From Schmidtea polychroa (lineage: Eukaryota): DNA of 64,000 nt. Under the pieces are notes generated by a model, which ran no database searches, was not told the origin of the DNA, and was given only the letters and a program-made list of their open reading frames with translations. This document shows positions 1-13,400 of the stretch, piece by piece. Made by a program: the position numbers and the translations under genes. The DNA is taken from contig CM097885.1 in assembly GCA_044892525.1 (NCBI GenBank), positions 42,534,001 through 42,598,000 of the forward strand, in the 5' to 3' direction. Numbering within the stretch: position 1 is the first letter of the stretch; every line of letters begins with the position of its first letter.

Positions 1-2830
1 AATAAAATTTGATTAAAATATCAAATAAATAGTAAAAATTTACAGTGATTCAATAAACTTTTTTATTTTGTATCAAAATAACAATTTTTTTCATTTTGCG
101 CTGTTTTTCTCCTTTGTAAAATATGCCCGTAAGAAACAAAGGGCATTCAGAGTGTCATCCTCAAGAGATGATCGTAATTTGGTGACAAAGTTGCCACTTG
201 CTGAAAATACACGCTCCGATTCGACACTTGCTGGCTTTATAGTTTTCAAGTATTCGTAGGTGTTTTGCAAATATGTTCCACGAGTTCCTTCTACTTCGAA
301 AATTGCAATCTCCTTGCGGATTGTTTTTGATAAATCTTTCGAAACGTTCAATCTTACCTTATTTTTACACTTTTTATCATTCAAAATTGCCATGTCAAGC
401 TTTTCTTTCAATGACAAGTTTGCAGTGCTGTCAACAGAATCGCTATCAGATGAAACGCTGGTCGAAGGGAGAGGCTCGTCTGCTCGCTGATTGAGCCGCT
501 CATTCAGTTGAACTATGGCATTTAAAATGGCTGATTTGCTAAGTTGCTCAAAAGACAGCGCTGGATCCAAATTCTCGTATCGTTGATGGCCCTTGTGCAG
601 ATAGTGTAGCAAGCTAGAAAAAGGTGTCCGTCGCTCATTTATTCGTCGCACCAACGCAGCTTTCAATTTAACAGCTAATTCCGTGTCTCCAAGGTAATTT
701 ACCATGAATAATAGTGTTGTATCGGCTGACAACAGTGTTGCATCATCGCGACACAATGCTTCCACGGCTAATTTCACTGGCTCGAGACATGCCACAACCG
801 ATGAAATTGTGTCGAACTCCTTGTCACTTATCTCAATTTTGGACTGAAGGTCAATCAGCGACTTGCGAATGCAATTTTTCAATTTCATGAAACGTGCGAG
901 CATTGTGTGCAAGCTACTCCAACGAGTTTTTGAATCGAATATTAGTGGAAGAGCTTTACCAAATTCGTCTACTGTGTATTTTTCGAGCGTTTTATCATTT
1001 TTTGTCGGTGAACAGCGAAACAATTTTACAACGGTGCGCACCTTAGCGATTAACGGCTGCAACTCATCAGTCAGTTGGATAGTGTCGTCCTTCTCACTCA
1101 TCACAACTTGAAACCCGTCCGAAAAGTCTTCTTCATCATCATTGGTTAGGTTTGCGTCGTCATCCTCACTTTCTCTGCTTCTCTCGTCATTCGAGATTCC
1201 TTTCAAGATTGTTTTAGCAGAAGTTGACGGTTTTTTGTACAAAACGTCTAGCACACCCAATTGAATGCCATGCACAATGCAAAACTGTTGATCACAATTG
1301 CTTAAACGTCCCACTTTTTGCATTACGGAAGCTCCATCAGTAGTAATGCACACAATGTCTTCATCGTAATTCAGCATAAACTGCGTCAACACTTTTTGAA
1401 CCAACTCAATGCATTTTTCAGCAGGCAGTGAACCAACAACTCTAGCTAATCCAAGGCTCCAAAATTCGTCCTCGGTGTGAACGTTTACATTTAAATATCT
1501 GCGATTTTTTATTGACGTCCACTCATCAAATGTCAAACTGAATCGCATCCCTTGCGTTCGGAGACGAGTGAAATTGAATATGACCGTCTCTCTGATTGTG
1601 TTTGCGTATTTTACTACCATATTTCTAATTGTCGCCGCCGATTTCGGAACAATAAACCCACGAGCTCCTAGCGATGTTCTCAGTTCAGCCGATGTGGCAA
1701 ATACGCTAAAGGGCAGTCCGTCAAGGGCGGTCATTCTAGAAAGAACTGCAGGAAACGACTTGTCATGTTGATTTTGGAAGAAATCGGTGATCAGAGGTTT
1801 GGGTTTTTTGGCCGATGACAACGGAGCCGATGAAAACGAAGCCGATGACGATGCTGCATCTTGGGTCGATTTTCTCTTTAGCAAGTAAATTTCATGGTTT
1901 GTTCTTAGATGTGTATGGAGTCCACTGGTACTGCCACCATGTGATTTTATCTCTTTGTCGCATTTCTTACACTTTGAAAGTTGATTTTCTTTATCACGCA
2001 GAAAATAAAACCACACAGAATTTTCGTCTACTCGTGCGCCGGTGCTGAACTCTTTGAATATTTTTTGGGACATTTTGGGGGTTTCTGGATATTAAATTAA
2101 TATAAAACTTTTTTTGTCTATTTCTTGTTGTCTTCAAACAAAAACAAAAATCTGCAAATAAAATCGAACTAATTCATTTAAAGTACCCAAATCTATGTTT
2201 ATAAATTAAATACTTACTATTTAAATGCAAATTTACTAACGTAGACGTATTTATTTGAATAAATATCAATCGGATTTCAATTTAACTACTGAATTATTAT
2301 ATAACGTTATTGTTATTATTGAATTTAAAAGTAGGTTTCTGAAATTTCGGGTCAATAAAATAATTTAATCTAGCACATCGCATACTAGAAATATTTGGTT
2401 AATGGGATTTAATAATCTATTAGGCATAAAGTTTTTGCATGAGTACTGAAGATATAATAGAGACATTTGTCTTTTTAAATACTAGTTAAATAATAAATAG
2501 TCAGGAAACAATAAATTTAGTCAGGAAAAATTGTAATTGGTCATGAATTTTACAATTTTTAGTTCTGCATAAACAGTCATGCAAAACCATTAATAGTCCT
2601 GCATTCGTCAATTTAGTTATGAAAGTCTAATTTATTTTTGCTTAAAAAAGCAATGCCTTATTATTATAATATTTTTTAAGTAAAATTGAGAAACAATTTT
2701 AAATATTTTTTATATATCCTATACCGGAAATACCGGCATTGATCCAACTCAATACCGGTATTTCGGTACCAGAAAAAAGTCCGGTAATACCGGTAGTACC
2801 GATACCGGTATACCGGTATTGAATGCACTA
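1..2830 (-). mobile_element. hAT DNA transposon; its 5' end is at 2830 and its other end is outside the window
   Basis: The minus strand starts TAGTGCATTCAATACCGG. A dense cluster of palindromic (T)ACCGG(TA) subterminal repeats lies at 2721-2820, upstream of the transposase. Confidence 0.75.
91..2073 (-). CDS. hAT-superfamily transposase, apparently intact (660 aa)
   Basis: N-terminal BED zinc finger (VWFYF...CKKC...HLRTNH), catalytic-region motifs LTFDEWTS, TTDGAS, CIVH and TRWSS, and C-terminal hAT dimerisation motif PASVESERVFSASG. Confidence 0.95.
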   Translation of the reverse strand: MSQKIFKEFSTGARVDENSVWFYFLRDKENQLSKCKKCDKEIKSHGGSTSGLHTHLRTNHEIYLLKRKSTQDAASSSASFSSAPLSSAKKPKPLITDFFQNQHDKSFPAVLSRMTALDGLPFSVFATSAELRTSLGARGFIVPKSAATIRNMVVKYANTIRETVIFNFTRLRTQGMRFSLTFDEWTSIKNRRYLNVNVHTEDEFWSLGLARVVGSLPAEKCIELVQKVLTQFMLNYDEDIVCITTDGASVMQKVGRLSNCDQQFCIVHGIQLGVLDVLYKKPSTSAKTILKGISNDERSRESEDDDANLTNDDEEDFSDGFQVVMSEKDDTIQLTDELQPLIAKVRTVVKLFRCSPTKNDKTLEKYTVDEFGKALPLIFDSKTRWSSLHTMLARFMKLKNCIRKSLIDLQSKIEISDKEFDTISSVVACLEPVKLAVEALCRDDATLLSADTTLLFMVNYLGDTELAVKLKAALVRRINERRTPFSSLLHYLHKGHQRYENLDPALSFEQLSKSAILNAIVQLNERLNQRADEPLPSTSVSSDSDSVDSTANLSLKEKLDMAILNDKKCKNKVRLNVSKDLSKTIRKEIAIFEVEGTRGTYLQNTYEYLKTIKPASVESERVFSASGNFVTKLRSSLEDDTLNALCFLRAYFTKEKNSAK

Positions 2831-3096
2831 ATATTTAGTATAGTAAAATATTACAAGTTAAAAATGCTAAAGGTTTACAGATGCACTTGTAAACAGTTTC
2901 TGTGTATAGACGTTGTCTCCAGAGGCGAACATGATATTTCATACGCCATGTTTACAAGTTTGCAGATAATCTTTCTGTGATTTAGCTAATTTGCAAGTGA
3001 TGTGATTGCCAGTGTACCAGGGAAAGTATACAATAGAGTTTAATCAGCAATATTGTATACTTACCAGGCGCGAAGAGAAATCTTCGCGTCTCCTGC

Positions 3097-3138
3097 ATAG
3101 TACTGATGAGAGCCAAAAGCTCGAAATTATTCTACTAT
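3097..3138 (+). ncRNA. Minimal type I hammerhead ribozyme motif
   Basis: Stem I ATAGTA/TACTAT, core CTGATGA (3103-3109), stem II GAGC-CAAAA-GCTC, GAAA (3123-3126), tiny stem III TTAT, then TC (predicted cleavage after C3132). Confidence 0.75.
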
Positions 3139-4800
3139 TGGGATTTGCACTGGGTATCACAAAGCTTGTAATGTTCATATATATTTAGTATTATTTAGCC
3201 CTTAAAATTGCGATAAAATCGCCCACATAGTCAATGTTAATCTAAAATCCACTATTACGAAGTCGTTTCTCGTAATAGTCATGCATATCAATCTGTTAAA
3301 TAGTTCTTAAATAGTTCTTTAGCCAACTTCGGGTCAAAACAAGCTGCATATGACCACTGAAATTTGACGTCAGATACTGAGCGCAAAGAAAAATTAATAA
3401 TTTACCTACAAAATAAATGCTGTTATAAGGTTGTTTAGGATTTTAGAAAGTCAGCAAAAATATAAAGAAAAGACTTATCCAGTGTACGTGGTGTGGAGAT
3501 AATTCTCAGGCGCACTTTTTTAGACACAAAATTTGTGAGTCTATAGAGCTTGATAGAAATCTTTAGATAATTGAGTGAAAAATCTGTTTACAGCCTCGAA
3601 AATTCGTCTGGTTAGATCGAGTAATATATTCTACATTTGTTGACTCCCTTGAAGGATTATTACAGTTGATATATAAACTGTTAAGGTTCATTTAATTAAT
3701 AGATTGTTAATCTGCTAAGAACCGTTAACAAAAACTTTCAATCATCGCAAAATCAGCATATGATGTCTTCATACATATTTGACATTTATTTAACCCCTTG
3801 GATCTATTAAACCACTTCCAATTGAAAGATTCGTTAAGAAAAAATGTCCTAGCTGTTACCTACGAGCCAATATTAAAAAAACTACCAAATGGTTGGGCGA
3901 TCAATAAGCCTTGATATAAGGGCTAATTCAAAGTCATCACCTGTACGGTCTTGTTTCGTCGGCCCCAAACACAAAAGTGATCAAATGTCAGATCTAACTG
4001 ACTTTCTTCATCAAAGTGAGATAACCAGATTGCAGAGTTTTACAGAAGTGTTTGATTCACCACATCCTTCGATTTCAGTGTGAGGCGTAAGAGTACACTG
4101 GACATAGACAAGTTTGCAGAAAAAACGAATGGTTTAAAAATGAAAATATATTAATGTTAACCTTAAGATTTATTCAAAATATAACATTCACTCTTTTTTA
4201 TTTACAAACAAATTTTCAGCAAAGTGGTAAAATGTGCCAGAAATCTAAAAGACACACGACATTTCGACACAGTTTAATCTATAATCTTACAAACATTAAT
4301 ATGAGAATTATTGAATTTAAATAAAGATCAATGGTGAAAAAAAAACATAAATAAGAAGTTTGAAAAGCAAAAAAAAGTGTAAAAATGTCATTCCGCTAAG
4401 TTTTCGTCTTGCTTTTATATTATTTCAGTGTTTGTGCACGCACACACACATGCACTGGTGTATTTAAACAAAATTATTATTTTATTAATAATTTCCCACC
4501 ATTTTTAGATTTAAATATGACTTTCTTTCAAAAAACTTTCAGTGTGATTTTAATATTTTTTAAAAAATATGTTAATAAAATTGCAACAGAAATTTTTAAA
4601 TTTTGAAAAGTCATTTTGCACATTTTAATTCAATTAATTCTATAATAATATTTTTAGTGTTATTTGTAAATTGTTTTCTTATATTTTGATAATTTATTTT
4701 ATTTTTTAAATTTAATTTCTTCATCTAACAATACAAATACTATTATTTTCGATTTTTTTTATAACAATCAGTGATTGCAACGTTATATCATTTATTTCAG

Positions 4801-4959
4801 TACTTTTATGTGGAGTCCCACTAATGAATGGACACCTTGCTCAAAAATATGCGATAAAGGGGAAGAGACACAAAATTTTGTTTGTGTGAAAAAGACTAAT
4901 TACCGCACTCATGAATATGCCAAATCCCAAAAATGTCAGATGGACAAATACCCTAAAAA
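4801..4959 (+). CDS. ADAMTS-like (punctin/MADD-4-like) exon, TSP1 repeat
   Basis: tttcag acceptor and gtaatt donor. Encodes WSPTNEWTPCSKICDKGEETQNFVC. Its phase-2 end matches the next exon. Confidence 0.85.
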
Positions 4960-5242
4960 GTAATTAAAATTTACATATTTGAAAAAGCATTTAATTGAGT
5001 TGATTTTCAAGAAATAAAAACACTATTCATGTCGAAATAAAGGTTAGATTTAAAACAATTTAATAGAGTAAATTAAAAAATAATTATTTAAAAAATTTAA
5101 TATAATAAATTTTTTGTCTGTTGATACTTCTCTTCATGTCAAATCTAAATTTTTTAAACATAAGAATCAACGAAATCTTTAATTGTGGTTAAAGTCAAAG
5201 GAATGCAGATACTTGCAAAAGACGAATAGGTCTAATTGCAGA

Positions 5243-5469
5243 CAGAGCCGTGCCTGACCAGCGTTCATTGCGTTCGAAGCACGCAGACAGTCAATTTTTT
5301 TGGCCAATTTAACATGATAAAAAAATAAACTTCACTATTTAAAGTTTATATATTTATATTTTTATAAAATATATAAGATTTTTAATAATTTTTGTCAACA
5401 AAAGGTCCCAATTTGAATATGTCAATATTTCTCTTACATTAATTTAACTTTATATAATTTAACTCAATT

Positions 5470-5505
<36 letters not shown>

Positions 5506-5573
5506 CTTATGTCACCTCTGAAACGGCCATATAAACTGGCACGCAGGTGGTCATTCACCCAGGCACGGCACTG
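5243..5573. mobile_element. hAT-like MITE
   Basis: 14-bp TIRs CAGAGCCGTGCCTG / CAGGCACGGCACTG (1 mismatch) around an AT-rich interior. No clean TSD. Confidence 0.55.
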
Positions 5574-5799
5574 CAATTTGCAGACCACAAATTCGAATAA
5601 TTCATTTTAGGTCTGTTTTTACAAATTAAAATTCTTGATGTCAGTAAAACAATGTATCAATCATTGAAAAGTCTTTCCTGTTCTTTTAAACCAGTGTTTC
5701 CCAAATGTGGAAACGAGATTGAATATATTGGGATCACACAACAGTAAATGAGATTCAAATATTTCACATAATCTCTGACAACCTTCTATAATTCCTCAA

Positions 5800-6260
5800 T
5801 CTTAAATTCTTATCAAGCGTTTAATACATTTTGGCTTTTCATATTCCTGAATGGCTTTAATTTTTTCGTCATCTTTCTTTATACCATTTTTATTTATAAT
5901 ATGTCCCAAACATTTTATTTCGTGTTTTTAAAAACGACATTTTTCTAAGCCTGATTTTAATCATGCATATTTAATTTTTTGAAGAACTCTTTCAAACTGT
6001 TTTCTATGCTCTTTTTCATCATGTGTGAATATGAGAATATCATCAAGGTAAACTACTGCTTATTTCCAGAGAAGATCACTAAATTTTGAAAAATAGCTGG
6101 AGCAGCTGTGTTTCAAAAAGGTATACGGTTGACACAATATTGTTCATCTTTTGTAGGAAAGGCTGTTTTAATTTTTGATTCTTCCTCCAGTTCCACTTGA
6201 TAATATGCATTACCAAAATCAATAGTACTAAAAAACTGCGATTTTTTCATTATAACATCT
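5800..6260 (-). pseudogene. Ty3/gypsy reverse transcriptase fragment
   Basis: FSTIDFGNAYYQVELEEESKIKTAF...NRIPF followed by a degenerate YLDD region; same family as the RT at 32180-32641. Confidence 0.85.
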
Positions 6261-6439
6261 AATACCCAAAAATCTAACCACGCAACCTCTGAAATATGAG
6301 GGTTCAACGAGTACAAAATCTCAGGAGGTTTACACCTGTTATTATTATTATTATTAGTAACTATTAGATTTTGTTTATCTTGTTTTATTTTTTGGCGCTA
6401 ATTCAATTTATGACTAACGCTATATCCATATATAATCTA

Positions 6440-7350
6440 ATGTCTGATGAAAACATTGTTTTTGAAAGAAGAATAAGAAAACTTTCAGCTGAGTTTAGCT
6501 ATAGTGCGCGGAATAAGATGATAAGAAAGAAAGAGGTACAACATTTCAATGATTTATGCTGTGATTGCAGAAAATAAGAAGCTCAGTGTGAGAGATTTAA
6601 AATCAATAACTGGACTTCCAAAGAACAGTATTGCGAGAATTTTGAAAAATGAATGGAAACTCAAGTTTGTCTCTTCAAAATGTGTTTCCTTTAACTTCAC
6701 TGACAAACAAAAGGAAGCAAGAATCGAACGACGTCGAACACCTTTGGAATGCTTTCAACATTGAATGACAAGAAAAATATATTCGTGGTCAATAAAAAGT
6801 GGATTTATTTGCATTTAATTTCTCATTCACTTCATTTCGGTAGTTTCTGAGATGACGATAGACCACGTTTGACAAGATTTACAAGTTCCCTTCGGAAAGT
6901 TCATATGATTTTTGCGTCGAACTTTGTTAGAAAGTGTAACTTTGAGCTTTTTCATGATGATGGCACTGTAAACTTTTAACGATACACCTATTTTATTGAA
7001 GATGTACTACGGCACTAAACAATGATACTGATGAAAAACATTCAATTTTTTGGATGCATAAAAACGCTACTTCACGTCTGGTCATTGCCACTAGAGAATT
7101 TTTAAACCTCAATGGAATTAAGATGTTGTGTCAACCAGTTTATTCCCTTGATGTGAATTTGGAAAACCAATACACCTTCAGGAAAGAACTTTGAATTCCT
7201 TCGAAGAAGATATATATTTTGAAAATATCAATGAAATTTAGCAGTGTCTTAATGATTTCAAAACTCACTTGACCACAAATAAATTAACAAAGGAACTTGA
7301 AGAACTTGAGAAGCACTGTGAAGAAGTTAATATCAAAATGAAACAAAAAT
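6440..7350 (+). pseudogene. Degenerate Tc1/mariner transposase
   Basis: HTH segment LSVRDLKSITGLPKNSIARILKNEWKLKFVSSK...QKEARI. Downstream are decayed 'MHDNA'-like and 'PxYSPDLN'-like motifs, with many frameshifts. Confidence 0.7.
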
Positions 7351-8236
7351 GAACTCAAAGACTTACCAAATGATTATGACCTTCTTCAAAAAGCTTTATG
7401 TGCATGCCAATGTAATTCATAAAGCTTAATTGAATGCCAACAATCAAGAATGTTCTCCTTAGCATCATTTCAACATGGAAATAAATATTTAAATAATATA
7501 AAAATGTATTGTTTGCTCTTCCTACAACTTTTATTAATAATGAACTTTAGGTTATTGATAACCCTGATCATGCAATTGACCTTGTAATTGACCTTGTATA
7601 TAACCTTGTAATTGATTATTTGAATTACTTTCAAACATCAAAATTTACATATATAAATGTGGACCAGTGGTGCTGTGACACGGGGCGCAAATTTCAAGAA
7701 GAAATAATTTTTCTAATTATTCCCAAATTACATTCCTGTAATAAGATATTCTCTTTCTTCACCGTGATTTGAAAACTTAATAACAGTTCCATTACATTAC
7801 ATAACAATTATGCATCTTAAAACAAATTATCAGTTAAATCTATTTCTTATCCGTTTTAAAATTATTAACAAAATTGGAGGCGCCAGATTCATGCTGGGTA
7901 CAGGGGGCAATTATAACTCGCTACGGCACTATTTATATATAAATCCTCATTTTCAATATTTTAGTTTTTATATAATAAATCCGAGATTTGGTCTACCTTT
8001 AGTATATTTATAATAAAATTAACGGTGGCTTTTCAGTATAATTTAGGTTTTCAAATATACGGTTAGCGAGAAACTATAATTTATTTTTTACATCATGAAC
8101 AATCAAAAACTGAAGCTTATTGGTTGATAAATATAGTAAGATTAAAACAAAAATTATAAATAAATTTTAATAAAAGATTTTTAACTGATAAATATTTGTA
8201 AATTTTTAAGAATTTTATTGATGAGCATTTTGTTAG

Positions 8237-8501
8237 GACAAGGCCATGCATGTTTGGCAGTTGTCCACAAAATTCAACTGTCACATTCGTATGGCAAGTT
8301 GGTAATTGGAGTTCATGCCAGAAAAACTGTGGTGGCGGTGGCTCACAAGTCAGAGAGGTCAACTGTTACATGATGACGTCGAAAGGTCAATTTTTGTCTA
8401 GCAAATTATCAAAATGTGATTACAAGCTTGAACCTCCAAGATTCATATCTTGTGGGCATGCTGACTGTCCGCCGAAATTCTTAACCAGCAAGTGGCATAA
8501 A
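8237..8501 (+). CDS. ADAMTS-like exon, TSP1 repeat
   Basis: ttgttag acceptor and gtaaac donor. Encodes WQVGNWSSCQKNCGGGGSQVREVNC...CGHADCPPKFLTSKWHK. Phases fit both neighbours. Confidence 0.9.
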
Positions 8502-9315
8502 GTAAACTAGAGTCATTCAATTTAATCTATTGAAAATAATTTTTTGTTCTTTGTTTGATCTTGGGATTTCTTTCAGTACATATACTTATATTATCGTGAA
8601 TCTTCAGTATTCAAACAAATTTAAGAGAATATAATTTCAATACCATCGAACAGAGCTGTATTTAACATATTGAAAGATGTAAAATAGTAAAAAAAATGTT
8701 GTAAGCAAGGGCTTGAAAAATCCATACAAAATCCAATTTCCAAATTTTTAAAAAAGAGTGAGCCACAAAAATTATTAGTTTTTCACAAATAAATAAGCTT
8801 AAATATTAATATAAAATATTTCATTTTCCCAAAAATACAAAAAAAAATACAAAAACATAATTTAAATGACTAATTTGAGATCTAGTTATTCAGGTTAATT
8901 ATTTCTTTTTCGATTAGCATAAAATTCCGCCTCGATCCGCATGCGGCTAATAAGTCGTGGCTACCCAAACCTGTTATAAGCCTTTGTTGCACATTTTATT
9001 AAAAGGTAATTTTCGAATATGAATACAATGTTTATTTGGATTTTTGGATTGAGAAGTATCTTTTTCATAATAATATTAAATAATGTAATTGACAAATTAA
9101 CTTTGATAGTTCCTAAGCTCAAAGTCCTCAAGTACGAAAGTCTATTTCCGTAATGCGTAAATGTAAATAGCTCTATCTATTGTAATATTATCTAATTTTT
9201 TTTAAACGTATTTATTGAACGTGAAAAATTAAAAAAATTAGTAATTTAATTTTAATAAATAACATGACATGGTTGATCATAAATTATTTTGATATAAATT
9301 GAAAAAAATACTTAA

Positions 9316-9500
9316 CCGTTTGCGGACGGAATAAATTTTAATAAGTAGTATATATTTTAGCATACTTTTTTAGTATATGAATGCCCGATAACGTGGTATG
9401 ATTTTTTTAAAGTTTGGCCAGCACAGCTGGCCATTATACATTGTAGAACGTCTGGAACAAAATTCGTGGCCAGTAGTGCTGGCCTACCGTCCGCAAACGG
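9316..9500. mobile_element. piggyBac-like MITE
   Basis: 14-bp perfect TIRs CCGTTTGCGGACGG / CCGTCCGCAAACGG, flanked by TTAA and CTAA. Confidence 0.6.
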
Positions 9501-10444
9501 CTAATACACCAATATTTTATTTTGTGCTGATTCAGTTTGCGTTTAAATTGTTTCACATTGCGTTGCGTTGTAGTTTGTAACTTTGCATTATTTTATAATT
9601 CTCAGCAGTTTTAATGAAATATCAAAAGCTAATATTGAGAAGCAATTAAAATAAAAATCTGAGAGTGAAATCCAAATATCATTTCACATGAAAAATACAT
9701 GAAAAATGTTGCTTCAATTTGTGTCATTTCATTTTGAGTAGAATATTTCTAGAACCAAGCATAGAATAAAAGCGAGGTATTGGTGTATATACAGAGATTT
9801 ATAGGACTTGATTTTATATATGATTTTATTCCTACAAACTTTCTAAATCACCAGAAAAATTCAATAAATTGTACGAAAGGCTTCACATATAGTTGACATT
9901 TGACAATAAGAAATCATTAAAACAAATGCGTAACAATTATATATGATATAAACTAAATCTATATTTTTGTTTCCGAATGGGTTCATATAACTAAATAGTT
10001 GCTTATGCAAATTAACTGGATTATATTGTCCCCTTAGGTGGGAAAGAGTTAATAAAGAAAATAGATTAACATAAAGTTTTTTTTTATTAAATGAAAAAAT
10101 TTAAGTTGACAAAATTGTTATTAATGTTTTGAAGGTGGTCCAAATATCTCTGGACAGTGTTAATCAGTGCTCAATATGAGCGTAATATAAACTGGATTTC
10201 ATTTTATAAAAATTTTTAAATAGAACTTATAAATTTTAGATAGCCAAAGTTAAATTGGCAGGATATTTTTCATAGAGTAGGAATTTTATATTCCGACTTT
10301 TTCCCATCAACACTATCTATGAGAATTTAAAATTGAATTTCATTTATTTTCCGAAATCGAAATAAGGTCTAACCGCATTCATTTGATTCAACTGTACTTT
10401 AAAAATATTTATAAAAGCCTAAATGTTATTTAAACAAACTATTA

Positions 10445-10835
<391 letters not shown>

Positions 10836-10893
10836 TTAATATTATTTTTACTTAAACATGAACTATATTTGTTTTTATTAACTGTAAATTTAG

Positions 10894-11748
10894 TGTTCAG
10901 AATCATTAGATTGTCGCCCATCTATTCGTCGAAGAGAAGTGAAATGTGTGACCATAAAAAGTGATGGAAAAGTCAAAATACAATCACCTGGTGTCTGCTA
11001 CCGAATGAATGAAAGACCGCCTAGCAGCTGGATGATCTGTCATTCTAAAATCAATCAACACTGTCTAGAAATGAAAAAAGAGAACAAAAAACAAAATTCC
11101 AAAATCGAAATAAAAACGGACAACTCTGAAATACATCAAATGAGACATACTAAAAGATTGAAAATTCTTGTCGGACAAACAGCATACGTTCTTGGGTTTA
11201 CAAGATTGTCGATATTTTGCCCAATGCCCATTATGCATAGAAGCAAAATCAAGTGGCAACACGGAAATAACACTTATGAATATCACGGTATATCTAGAAA
11301 AAGGATTCGAGTGAATAGAAAAGGGGTTCTAGTTATCAGAGAGTTTTATTTGATAGATTCCGGTGAATGGATTTGTAAGGCAGGAAAATACACTGCAAAA
11401 GCTACTCTTCATTTAGAGCAACCATCAACAGGATTTGACAATTGGCTGAAGCGACATGCGAATCATAATTATGGTATGCTCAATGAAGAATCAAACTTAT
11501 CATTTATTCGCCCGGAATCAATCATTTGGATTAAATCTGATTGGAGTCCATGTTCTGCGACTTGCGAAAGAAATTCTAACAATGCTGGTTATCAAACACG
11601 AAAAGTCACATGCGAAAAAATTGAAACTCAATATTACAAAATCATCGAAGACAAATTTTGTCCCCCTCTAAAACCAATTTCAATTAAAAAATGCAAGTCA
11701 TTTGAACGATGCCCAAGATGGATTGTTGAAAAAAACGAGAATGAACAA
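10894..11748 (+). CDS. ADAMTS-like exon: TSP1 + Ig-like + TSP1
   Basis: aaatttag acceptor and gtaatt donor, 855 nt in frame. Ig motif LVIREFYLIDSGEWIC and TSP1 motif WIKSDWSPCSATC...QTRKVTC. Confidence 0.92.
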
Positions 11749-12830
11749 GTAATTATAATAATAATTATTATTATTATAGAAGATTATTAGCAGTAAAATA
11801 CCGCTAAAAGGTAATTATGAATCACAAAAATGTCATATTCATTATTTAAATTTAAATTCAAAGGTAGGGGTCAAATAAAATTTCCTTGAGAGGGACCTTT
11901 AAAATGGGTCGTTTTTGACTTTGGACTCTTTAGTTATATTTTGCTGCGTGGGGAGTTATAAAGTAAAGGTACGTCCAATACAATTGTATCATAAGTGAAC
12001 TTATTAATGTAAAATAAATTCTATGCCACATAGGAATACAAATATGTTTTATAAACTGACAGCACCACAAATTAAATTATTTTCTCACTGATTTTATTTT
12101 AAAAATATCAAAAATAAAATGATTAAAATTAAGCAAAAACGATATATTCGAATAAATTTTCTTCCAATTTAACTTTTAACACTGTAACTGGTAAAAATAC
12201 AAACTACAATTATGTTTTTTTGGTCCGAAAGCTAGTGCGAATTTTAAACTAAGGGTGAAACCCACTGATCACACGCATTTTTGGAACGGCATACCCACAG
12301 AAATTGGAATTTGTGTTGTCTACCACTCATTCCAAAGAGTATGCCCGGTGCTCCCTAAACCGGGTTTTCAAAACTATCTAGGAAGGTCATTCAGTTGAAA
12401 TAAACATGGTGCACGGCAATTTTATTTCATGATAAACTAATCTGATTTCCTAATCCAGAACCAAAGGAAATTTATTTTGTCTAACTTATGTATTATTAGG
12501 GGTGGATTAAATTGCGTAAATAAATTTAGAAGTGCAAAAAATTTAAATTAGGAGTAAAATTAATTAAAAATTAATTAAAATTCAGAATCAATATTTTGTG
12601 AGGGAAAAGGTATGAGCGAATATCAAATAAAAAGATAAAAACGAATATGTTAAGTAAAAATTGATGGGAAGGTTTACAGGTAAAGTTATTACAAAAATAA
12701 AAACTTATTAAGTAATTATTAAAGGGCGGCTATTAAGTGTGCTCTAATATTACCCTTGCTCTTATATAAATAAAAGTGAGCTATAAAATATATTAAATGA
12801 GATATAAAGTTAAAAATTATGTGCACTTAA

Positions 12831-13400
12831 CCAGGTTGATATACTTACGTAAAAGCTACGATGTGACTTTAAGACACATATTGAAAATGCATGTAGTTAT
12901 ATTAGTAAAATTATATTTTAATAATTCGCATAAGTAGTATTATGTTATTGGACAAAAAAAAATTTTTTTAACGAAAATATTATATTATACAAGTATTTAT
13001 ATAAAAAATAAAATAAAAAAGTAATCATTTATTTATACATGTTTTGAAAACGACGATTTTTTGCGAATGTTCATTACATACATTTTTTTCACATGCAGCA
13101 CAACATTGTTTGAAAGCTCGACCTTTTGCTGATGGACAATAGTTACATCGTCGGCGCATATTTTTTTCTGGGACGGTTTTATCAACAACTAGAATATGGG
13201 AAGAATTTTCCAAAATTTCGTTCATTGTATCAACGGTATTTTTAGGTAAATGTTTTACACTTGTAAGTTTTATATTTGGTATTACTAATTCTTGCACTAA
13301 ATTCTTCAAAAATAATTTGCGTCGCGAATTTACTTTAGTTTTGTTCCAATCTGGATATAAATATTTCCAAATAATTTCTGCAGCTATACCACATAAAATA
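12831..13400 (-). pseudogene. piggyBac transposase 3' remnant
   Basis: C-terminal Cys-rich domain RRRCNYC...CCAACEKNVCNEH...TC. A TTAA followed by CC at 12827-12832 is a candidate terminus. Confidence 0.65.

Noticed and set aside
3200..4100. Moderately GC-richer stretch, possible decayed transposase
   Set aside because: I could not assign any motif with confidence by eye.
7665..7931. Possible degenerate hAT MITE (CAGTGGTG...CGGCACTA)
   Set aside because: The TIR match is too poor and there is no TSD.
12340..12382. CCCGG...CCGGG hairpin followed by CTAG as a Helitron end
   Set aside because: The stem is only 5 bp with a long loop, and CTAG is not followed by T.
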